18,553 bases of DNA from Octopus sinensis (GCF_006345805.1 NW_021824475.1:1-18553); one strand, 5' to 3'. Shown: positions 1 to 8,134, counted from the stretch's first letter. Program-made: numbers and translations. Notes: generated from the sequence alone by a model not told the origin.

Positions 1-123
1 CACAAGGCTTTGGTCGGCCCGAGCTATAGTAGAAGACACTGCCTAAGATGCCACGCAGTGGGACTGAACCCGGAACCATTTGTTGGTAAGCAAGCTACTT
101 ACCACACAGCCACTCCTGCACCT
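1..123 (-). mobile_element. tRNA-derived SINE, family A, 5' head (cut by window start)
   Basis: Minus strand reads AGGTGCAGGAGTGGCTGTGTGGTAAGTAGCTTGCTTACCAACAAATGGTTCCGGGTTCAGTCCC (pol III A/B-box-like) then GGCATCTTAGGCAGTGTCTT (CORE-like). Near-identical to copies at 149-310 and 5727-5889. Confidence 0.9.
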
Positions 124-148
124 GACTACACACACATATATACATAGA

Positions 149-310
149 ACGGGCTTCTTTCAGTTTCCGTCTACCAAATTCACTCACAAGGCTTTGGTCG
201 GCCCGAGGCTATAGTAGAAGACGCTTGCCCAAGGTGTCACGCAGTGGGACTGAACCCGAAACCATGTGGTTGGTAAGCAAGCTACTTACCACACAGCCAT
301 TCCTACACCT
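149..310 (-). mobile_element. tRNA-derived SINE, family A, 5' half up to its internal microsatellite
   Basis: Same head and CORE-like segment, continuing ...GGTAGACGGAAACTGAAAGAAGCCCGT into a short TA/TG tract (124-148). Aligns to 5727-5889. Confidence 0.9.
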
Positions 311-424
311 GTTTATGATTAGAACAGTATCTAATGTAGCATGGCAGTAAAGGACAAATTTCTTGATGCGGGTTCAATTCTAGCTTCCAGCTATGATAAT
401 TAATTCAATAATTTGTTCTTATGT

Positions 425-727
425 GGTGGACCTCACTGTCGTAAACGACAGATGAAGATTCCGCTATTTCTTGCTGGACAGCCTTCACAGATGATTCGGG
501 TATTGTGATCAGATGTATATGCTGTATATTAGCTCACTCATTCCATCAAATCGATATTGTGGCATTACCTGTACAGTTGCACAACTTAGCCACACATCAG
601 ATGTCGAAGTGGTCACAGAACAACACCAAATGAAGTGTTTTGCTCAGGAACATAACGCATCACCCGTTCTGCGAATCGAAACTGCAATCTTGCAATCGTG
701 AGTGCAACACCCCAACTACTAATACAC
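425..727 (-). mobile_element. diverged tRNA/CORE-type SINE (family D-like)
   Basis: Minus strand: degenerate A box, B-box-like GTTTCGATTC, then GATGCGTTATGTTCCTGAGCAAAACACTTCATTT, which aligns to the CORE-like block of 6397-6619 and 9724-10013. The 3' boundary is approximate. Confidence 0.6.
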
Positions 728-1320
728 TTCAAGTAGAAAAAAAAAAAGGAAAAGAAGAAACGTTATCCCACCATCGTTGGGTTTCCTTAGAGGATTCATT
801 GCGCTATGTTCATAGGAATATGTCTGACCACGAATTGGTTAAGCAGAGGAGGGCGATCGAATCTATTTTGCTTAGTAGTTCGTGGGATATGCTAATATTT
901 GTATTTCTTTATCGGCTTTAATAAAATATATGAGGCGGATTATGGCTTAAATGTCTCTATACAGAGACAATCGTATTTAATACGTTGTGTGTTTTAGCTG
1001 GGTCCCTTGGTTTAGTATCTGTATATTTAAGGATTTTCATTTTGATGGTGATGGCAGGGGCGACTCGTCGGTTAACGAATTTTTCTCTCAGATCATTTTT
1101 ATCCGTCCTAACTTATTGCTACTATGACCTTTGACATTCGTGTCTGTGTTTACATTGGGATGACTGCTATTGTTGTTATTTTGCTTTACTTCTTATCTCT
1201 CAGCAAACGACATCATCTTCAGAGACATACGGGCACACATACACAAGAGCAAATAGTAACATCTACGCAGATGTGTTTATACACACACATACATATAAGA
1301 CATGTATGCGTGCATCTTTC

Positions 1321-1406
<86 letters not shown>

Positions 1407-1446
1407 CGTCTATCTATCCGTCTGTTTTACTATCTGTCTGCCCCCC

Positions 1447-1490
<44 letters not shown>

Positions 1491-1500
1491 TTATCCATCC

Positions 1501-1564
<64 letters not shown>

Positions 1565-1634
1565 GTCTGTCTGTCTGTCTGTCTGTCCCCTCTCTCTCTC
1601 TCTCTCTATAATATATATATATGATATATATATA
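1321..1634. repeat. compound microsatellite (TCTA)n/(TCTG)n/(CT)n/(TA)n
   Basis: Directly visible. Appears to be two ~145-bp blocks each ending TCTG-CC..-(CT)n. Confidence 0.97.
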
Positions 1635-2036
1635 CTGCAGCTACTCATGAACGTAGGCATGTATGTACATGTCCAAATCCATGCTCATTCGCGCACGTAA
1701 AACCACCCACGCTAACGTTTGTTTCAATATACCCATGAACTTAGTCATCTATTCTCACAAACACACACACACACACAAACACACACACAGTTTAAAATTG
1801 AAGTTAACTTTTGGCATGTGATGGAAAACGTTCAGGATATAATGTATGCGTCATTTCATTGGCTGTGTTACTCTATTATTGGCTGCCATTGCTACAGTCT
1901 CATATAAAACGCTTAAATTGTGACCGAGGTTTCGAAGAGCCCCACCAGTGCCATCCTAGACGTTTTCTGTGACGTAATGCATACAAATACACGCACACAC
2001 ATAAGTATATATGTATATATGTATGTATGTATGTAT

Positions 2037-2282
2037 TACTAATCATATCTATCAGGTATATAGAAGGGAGTGTAATTCGGCAGGAGGACTTACACGACAT
2101 GCAAAGGTACATGAAGCCCAGTTACAACTACAGCTGGCTATTGCCGGTAAAGGTTTTAGTTGCCAATTCTGTACAAGACATTGTAGATCTTTACCTGAGC
2201 TAAAAAGTCACATTCGATCACAGCACCGATAACAGTTAAGCCTAGTACAATGGCCATACTTGATAACGAAGGGGCAGCCATC
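2037..2282 (+). mobile_element. 5'-truncated RTE-type LINE 3' end encoding two C2H2 zinc fingers (first one decayed) plus short 3' UTR
   Basis: Translates TNHIYQVYRRECNSAGGLTRHAKVH...FSCQFCTRHCRSLPELKSHIRSQHR*, then GGCCATACTTGATAACGAAGGGGCAGCCAT and a (TATG)n tail. An inverted second copy lies at 6721-7116. The RTE assignment is by recollection of RTE 3' ends. Confidence 0.75.
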
Positions 2283-2347
2283 ATGTATGTATGTGTGTAT
2301 GTATGTATGTATGTATGTATGTATGTATGTATGTATGTATGTATGTA

Positions 2348-2378
<31 letters not shown>

Positions 2379-2447
2379 ATGTATGTATGTATGTATGTAT
2401 GTATGTTTGTATGTATGTATGTATGTATGTATGTATGTATGTATGTA
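2283..2447 (+). repeat. (TATG)n tail/target of the RTE-type fragment
   Basis: Starts immediately after the 3' UTR motif GGGGCAGCCAT. Confidence 0.95.
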
Positions 2448-2623
2448 CGTACATATGCACCGATGAATAAGAGAATGGATTATATTGATTACAAATTTTC
2501 GATCGCAATAATTGAGAAGAAATGCCGGAAAGCCTTTTGCCCGGCATTCAATATAATCCCATAATGTCAATTGAGATGTCTGAAATGAAATGTCTGATAT
2601 ATATATATATACATACACAAAAT

Positions 2624-2702
2624 GGGACAAGAACGCAAAACATCCGGACAACTAGGTGATACAAAAAGGGACAACAAACATTCAGATAGACGATACAAAA
2701 AA
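2624..2702. repeat. imperfect direct duplication (GGGACAA...GATACAAAAA x2), probably a fragment of an interspersed repeat
   Basis: Units 2624-2667 and 2668-2702 share GGGACAA, AAACAT and GATACAAAAA. Confidence 0.5.
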
Positions 2703-2712
2703 CAAGCCTCTC

Positions 2713-2808
2713 TGTGTGTGTGTGTGTATACATGTATATACATATATATGTATATACATATATATGTATATATATATATATATATGCTCATATATATATA
2801 CATATGTA

Positions 2809-2856
<48 letters not shown>

Positions 2857-2857
2857 C

Positions 2858-2923
<66 letters not shown>

Positions 2924-2952
2924 ATATATATATATTCTATATATATATATGT
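2713..2952. repeat. compound microsatellite (TG)n/(TA)n/(TCTA)n
   Basis: Directly visible. Confidence 0.97.
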
Positions 2953-3018
2953 ATCTATTTTCTGTTGTGTCTGGGGAGAGTCATTTTCTTTTTGTGCCTT
3001 ATAATTTAACACACTCAC

Positions 3019-3550
3019 CGAATCAGGGGTTGCTCCAGTTTTGTTTCCAGCAGCGGAGAGTATTTGCTTAGAGCTCTCCAAACAAATCTGACAAGTAAAA
3101 GTAAAACTCTTAGGGCGGAACATCTAAACCAAGCATCTTGCCCGCTTTGGAGCCGATCACCGCTTCCTGTGTTTCTGTGGCTTCAACGGCTTTTCGCAAC
3201 ACCCCGTCTCTGACGCCGAGAGGCGTGTCAGACCGTCGAGCTAGGCCCTGAAGTCCATTTTGCGATGCGGTTCGTTACTCGTCCAAAACAACCGAGAGTA
3301 GTGCTGCTGGAAAACCGTATACATACATCTACTCGGGTTCGAGTAATACGCGCCCATCCCGACCCGTCAAAGACCGAATTGTAACTTTGCTGCCACTTTT
3401 CGCTTCTGCTAATCGGGGGCTTCTACCCATCAGGCTGCTTTCGTTCCGCAATGCCTTAGAGCATGCACCTTAGCTCTGACAATGCGTTCGTCATGCTCGG
3501 CGCTGACGGGCCATCTTGCCGCTAGCAATCGGTTGCGATGCCTTTCCTAC
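3019..3550 (-). promoter_or_regulatory. CpG-rich unique island; candidate promoter/first non-coding exon or structured RNA
   Basis: About 35 CpGs in ~430 nt (hand count, 3130-3560) in an otherwise AT-rich window. Minus-strand CAAGATGGCC (YY1-type, 3509-3518), CAGGAAG (ETS-like, 3163-3169) and splice donor TCG|GTGAGT at 3019/3018. No convincing ORF. Confidence 0.45.
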
Positions 3551-3645
3551 GTGCTTCTCTTCTAACTTTCTAACTAGGTCTCCTAATCTACTATTCTCTA
3601 TCGTTAATTCTTTGCTAAACTATATTGATTCTTTTTCAAATAAAA

Positions 3646-3876
3646 AGCGGCGAGCTGGCAGAAACATTAGCACGCCGTGCGAAATGCGTAGCCGTATTTC
3701 GCCTGCCGTTACATTCTGAGTTCAAATTCCGCCGAGGTCGAATTTGCCTTTCATCCTTTCGGGGTCGATAAATTAAGTACCAGTTACGCACTGGGGTCGA
3801 TGTAATCGACTTAATCCGTTTGTCTGTCCTTGTTTGTTCCCTCGATGTTTAGCTCCTTGTGGGTAGTAAAGAAATA
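3646..3876 (+). mobile_element. full-length tRNA-derived SINE, family C, with 16-bp target-site duplication
   Basis: GCGGCGAGCTGGCAGAAAC (A box) ... GAGTTCAAATTCC (B box) ... CCTTTCATCCTTTCGGGGTCGATAAATTAAGTACCAG ... tail CCTTGTGGGTAGTAAAGAAAT. TATATTGATTCTTTTT occurs at 3621-3636 and 3877-3892. Confidence 0.92.
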
Positions 3877-4598
3877 TATATTGATTCTTTTTTTTAATAT
3901 CCTAGAGGTGGGGAGCGTATCGCTATTTATCATTGACGATTAACCCCGTTTGGCTGACATTTCTAGCAAATCGAGTGATCCCGTTGACTTGAATTGTATT
4001 TCGATGTTAGCTAAGTAGGAGTTAAGACTACGATTTAAAGGTGCTTGTATGCATATTACATATACTTATGGGATTTATAACAACTGCATGATATGTTAAT
4101 TTTATGTATGTGGGTTTATATCAGTTTAAGCTAGTTTAGAATAATAACATGTAATACAGTCTCATGTGAAGCGAACTAGTTCAAAGTATTTATATTGCAA
4201 CATAATTTATCGTGATCACGTACGCACGCACAGACAGACACGCTGACACTGACACACACAAACACACGCACACACGTACAAGTTTGTATTTATATATTTT
4301 TTAATTACTTTAATTCTTCCTATAAAAAAAAAACTAGTTTCTAACGAAGAGGCAAAGCCCTGGAATTTAAATCACAGCAATGGCGAAGAGCCGCATGCAG
4401 CACTTCAGAAAAGTCTTCAATACTTTTACTGTTTCCCTCTCAGATCCATTGTTAAGTGGATATCAGGTGATCTTAACCATAACCAGAAAAGCCTAGCATG
4501 TCCATATTGCCACTAAGGGAGTCATAAACATAAGCAAGTGCTGTAGGGGCTGGGCAAAAATTCACGAAAGAATCTCACTATTCAATAACACCTTTATA

Positions 4599-4742
4599 AT
4601 TTACATTATTTACATTCGACGGATATTTGTCCTCATCTTGTTTGTTTTTAACACAACGTTTCGGCTGATATATCCTCCAGCCTTCTTCAGGTGTCTTGGG
4701 GAAATTTCGAACCTGGGTTCTCGTTCCTAAGGTATTTTTCGA
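4599..4742 (-). mobile_element. Penelope-like element terminal repeat (pLTR) fragment carrying a hammerhead
   Basis: Contains a minimal type-I hammerhead, abuts an (AAT)n tract, and has a partial inverted copy at 4911-5000. Hammerhead-bearing pLTRs and inverted truncated pLTRs are established Penelope features; the family name is inferred. Confidence 0.7.
4650..4695 (-). ncRNA. minimal type-I hammerhead ribozyme, intact core
   Basis: Minus: GACAC CUGAAGA A GGCUG-GAGGAUAUAU-CAGCC GAA ACGU U GUGUU. Stem I GACAC/GUGUU, 5-bp stem II, palindromic ACGU stem III, predicted cleavage after GUU (U at 4655). Confidence 0.85.
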
Positions 4743-4768
4743 TGTTGTTGTTATCATTATTATTATTA

Positions 4769-4820
<52 letters not shown>

Positions 4821-4825
4821 ATTAA

Positions 4826-4862
<37 letters not shown>

Positions 4863-4889
4863 GTTGTTGTTGTTGTTGTTGTTGTTGTT
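4743..4889. repeat. (ATT)n followed by (GTT)n trinucleotide tract
   Basis: Directly visible; source of the poly-Asn/poly-Leu ORFs. Confidence 0.97.
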
Positions 4890-4910
4890 CACGGGCATAT
4901 GGAGTAGTGA

Positions 4911-5000
4911 TTAACAACAAACATGATGAGGACAAATATCCGTCGAAAGTAAATAATGTAAATAATGTACATAATTCCTCATCTCTTAAATATAGAACTG
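4911..5000 (+). mobile_element. inverted partial copy of the same pLTR (segment downstream of the hammerhead)
   Basis: 4911-4963 is the reverse complement of 4599-4651 at 50/53 identity. Confidence 0.75.
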
Positions 5001-5213
5001 TATTATTTCGTTTTAAGATTTACAATACCATAACATCCCATACAGTATCTATCTGTCTGTCTATCTCTGTTTATCTATCTACACACACACACCACACACA
5101 CATCCTGACACACACACGGAGTTCAAGTCTTTAGAAAACAAAAGACGAAGACAGGTGAAGGAACAGCAATAAGCAGATGTATTAGTTTTAACGCTCGGGA
5201 AGAATGGAAAGGT

Positions 5214-5249
5214 CTTTGACATTTCGAGCCTACGCTCTTCAACAGAAAG
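5214..5249 (-). ncRNA. degenerate minimal type-I hammerhead within a second Penelope-type repeat (~5133-5290)
   Basis: Minus: CUUU CUGUUGA A GAGC-GUAG-GCUC GAA AUGU C AAAG. Stems I and II are perfect; core has A6>U and stem III ACGU>AUGU. Confidence 0.7.
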
Positions 5250-5458
5250 GATTGTGTGGGGGGGGAAAAGATAAAACGGAGTGAGAAAGAAATGTGTAAA
5301 CGGATTAACGGTTCAGCATGAAGATAAATAAATGCACACACACGCATACACACTCGCATACACACACACACACATACATACATATGTATTACTTTTTTCA
5401 TGTAATAGATACAATAGCGTTTTTTTCGTCGATAGATTGAAATGACTTTGTCACATGG

Positions 5459-5682
5459 CTCTTTTACTTGTTTCAGTCATTTGACTGCGGCCATGCTGGA
5501 GCACCGCCTTTAGTCGAGCAAATCGACCCCAGGACTCATTCTTTGTAAGCCTAGTACTTATTCTATCGGTCTCTCTTTTTGCCGAACCGCTAAATTACGG
5601 GGACGTAAACACACCAGCATCGGTTGTCAAGCGATGCTAGGGGGACAAACACAGACATACACACACACACACACACATACAT

Positions 5683-5719
<37 letters not shown>

Positions 5720-5889
5720 CATATATACGACAGGCTTCTTTCAGTTTCCGTCTACCAAATCCACTCAAGGCATTGGTCGGCCCGGGGCTATAGCAGAAGA
5801 CGCTTGCCCAAGATGCCACGCAGTGGGACTGAACCCGGAACCATGTAGTTGGTTATCAAGCTACTTACCACACAGCCACTCCTGCGCCT
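5459..5889 (-). mobile_element. full-length SINE, family A (tRNA-like head, CORE-like block, internal CA/TA microsatellite, 3' tail with CAGTC-AAAT-GACTG hairpin)
   Basis: Head 5889-5727, internal microsatellite ~5650-5726, 3' half ending ...GACTGAAACAAGTAAAAGAG. The same order is seen at 12509-12943. Confidence 0.9.
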
Positions 5890-5964
5890 ATGTATTACAT
5901 TTTTCATGTAATAGATACAATAACGTTTTTTTCGTCGATAGATTGAAATGACTTTGTCACATGG

Positions 5965-6197
5965 CTCTTTTACTTGTTTCAGTCATTTGACTGCGGCCAC
6001 GCAGGAGCACCGCCTTTAGTCGAGCAGATCGACCCCAGGACTTATTCTTTGTAAGCCTAGTACTTATTCTATCGGTCTCTTTTGCCGAACAGCATCGGTT
6101 GTCAAGCGATGTTGGGGGGACAAACACAGACACACACACATACACACACACACACATATGTACATATATATATAGCTTCTGTCTACCAATTCTACTC
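5965..6197 (-). mobile_element. second, internally deleted family A SINE (3' half), part of a 506-bp-period duplication
   Basis: Matches 5459-5650 with a ~27-bp deletion; its flank 5889-5964 matches 5383-5458. Confidence 0.88.
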
Positions 6198-6396
6198 AGA
6201 TCTAAACATGCAGGGAACAACACAGTCTATACAAGTGAATCTGTAGATTTTCCTGTTACTTTGGTTGTTTAAATGTATGACAGGTCACATACTTATGCAT
6301 TACTGGTGTATCAATACAGTTGCAATACCGTGCACTCATGTGATAGTCATATCAATCAATCGCAAAAAAAAACTCTGTATGTATTACATGAAATGT

Positions 6397-6619
6397 GGTG
6401 GTGCGTGGCTTAGTGGGTAGGGTGGCAGCATCATGTTCGTTAAGATTGTGGTTTCGATTCCTGGACCGGGCGACTCGTTGTGTTCTTGAGCAAAACGCTT
6501 CATTTCCCGTTGCTCCAGTTCACTCAACTGGCAAAAATGAGTAACGCTGCGATGGACTGGCGTCCCGTTCAACTGGGGAACACGTACGCCATAGAAACCG
6601 GGAAACCAGGCCCATGAGC
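6397..6619 (+). mobile_element. tRNA/CORE-type SINE (family D)
   Basis: TGGCTTAGTGG (A box), GTTTCGATTCC (B box), GTGTTCTTGAGCAAAACGCTTCATTTCCCGTTGCTCCAG (CORE-like), tail GCGATGGACTGGCGTCCCGT. Confidence 0.85.
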
Positions 6620-6720
6620 TTTAAAAGGGCGCATTAAATTTTTAAATTACATGAGATAAGTACTACATACATACATACATACATACATACTACATACTCC
6701 ATACACAATACATTATTCTT

Positions 6721-7116
6721 ATGGCTGCCCCCTCGTTATCGAGTATGGCCATTGCACGAAGCTTAACTGTAATGGTGCTGGTTGTCTGAATGTGACTTTA
6801 TAGCCCAGCTAAGATCTACAATGTCTTGTACAAATTGGCAGCTAAAACCTTTACTGGTAATAGCCGGCTGTAGTTGTAACTGGGCTTCATGTACCTTTGC
6901 ATGTCGTTTAAGTCCTCCTGCCGAATACACTTTCTTCCACATGCCCGACAGATATGATTAGTATGGTGTGTGTACAACCATCACCAGTGGCCAGGTTGTC
7001 ACTCATCTGTCTCGCTTTATGACTACGAAGATGACTCTTGAGTCCAGCTTTACTGAGGCAGGGTCTTGCACATACGTACATACATACAAAGACCACGTTG
7101 TCATTTTATTCCACTG
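6721..7116 (-). mobile_element. 5'-truncated RTE-type LINE 3' end, three C2H2 fingers, frameshifted
   Basis: FVCMYVCARPCLSKAGLKSHLRSH ... TNHICRACGRKC(fs)SAGGLKRHAKVH ... GKGFSCQF(fs). Same 3' UTR as 2037-2282; roughly 85-90% identical over ~245 bp by hand alignment. Confidence 0.78.
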
Positions 7117-7161
7117 ATATATATATATATATATACATGGATACATGCATGCATGCATGCA

Positions 7162-7195
<34 letters not shown>

Positions 7196-7733
7196 CATAC
7201 ATATATATACATACATACATACATATATATACATACATACACACATACATACATACATACACACATACATACATACATACAAACACACATACACACATAC
7301 ACACATACATACATACATACACACATACATACATACATACATACATACACACACACATACATACAAACATACATACATACACACATACACACATACATAC
7401 ATACATACATATACACACACATACATACATACATACATACATACATACATACATACATACATACATGCATACACACATACATACATACATACATACATAC
7501 ACACATACACACATACATACATACATACGCATACATACAAACATACATACATACATACATACATACATACATACATACATACATGCATACACACATACAT
7601 ACATACATACATACATACACACATACACACATACATACATACATACGTACATACATACATACATACATACATACATACATACATACATACATACATACAT
7701 ACATACATACATACATACATACGCATACATAGA
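7117..7733. repeat. long (TACA)n/(CA)n microsatellite
   Basis: Directly visible, about 615 bp. Confidence 0.98.
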
Positions 7734-8042
7734 TCAAGACAAATAGGAGGTTACGTTCAGTGCGTGGCACAGTGTATTTAAAAGACATTGAGTTTTATTA
7801 AAAATTAATCTTTATCTTTAATATTCTCTACTTTACATTCCAAATATACATTTCGAAATATTTATTAGCTAACACTTATCAACGAACTTAAACCTCGGCT
7901 TTGGTCTGCTTTTTAATACATCAAGGAATTAAATTCTTAGACTGGGAGGAGTGAGATTACGCGTGAATACAGCCATACAGATGTGTACGTATATATATTC
8001 TACTCTCTCACACTCATATTTACGCATATACATACATACCCA

Positions 8043-8070
8043 TATCTATCTATCTATCTATCTATCTATC

Positions 8071-8134
<64 letters not shown>

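Noticed and set aside
640-921. ORFs 640-921 and 10145-10516 as exons
   Set aside because: They start inside a SINE or LINE remnant; no recognisable domain or convincing splice-site pair.
2051-2070. Cluster of G>A differences in RTE copy 1 (TGT>TAT twice, CGG>CAG, GGA>AGA) as an editing or RIP-like signature
   Set aside because: Over the full alignment transitions go both ways and several are CpG decay; two copies are too few.
2011-2232. C2H2 ORFs (also 6908-7096) as host zinc-finger genes
   Set aside because: No TGEKP linkers or splice context; two diverged copies share a LINE-like 3' UTR and tail and carry frameshifts or Cys losses.
3105-3120. Minus-strand CCCTAA as a telomerase RNA template
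   Set aside because: Only one repeat unit (CGCCCTAAG) with no alignment region; no H/ACA or pseudoknot context recognised.
3329-3430. 33-aa minus ORF with KVTIRSLTGRDGRVLLEPE, resembling the ubiquitin N-terminus
   Set aside because: Stops immediately; the downstream frame does not continue the fold at the right spacing.
3440-3494. AUGACGA-A-[long hairpin]-GAAC on the minus strand as a hammerhead
   Set aside because: C3 and A15.1 are wrong, and no stem I/III with a UH site can be built.
4341-4365. CTAACGA...GGAA hammerhead-like string
   Set aside because: Two core mismatches, a bulged stem II and no stems I/III.
4655-5218. Heterodimer of hammerheads 1 and 2 excising a ~560-nt retrozyme-like RNA
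   Set aside because: Their stem I strands (GACAC/GUGUU vs CUUU/AAAG) cannot cross-pair, and hammerhead 2 has a core mutation.
6397-6470. SINE heads (also 9724-9790, 3646-3735) as tRNA genes
   Set aside because: A/B boxes are present but there is no complete cloverleaf; each continues into a SINE body.
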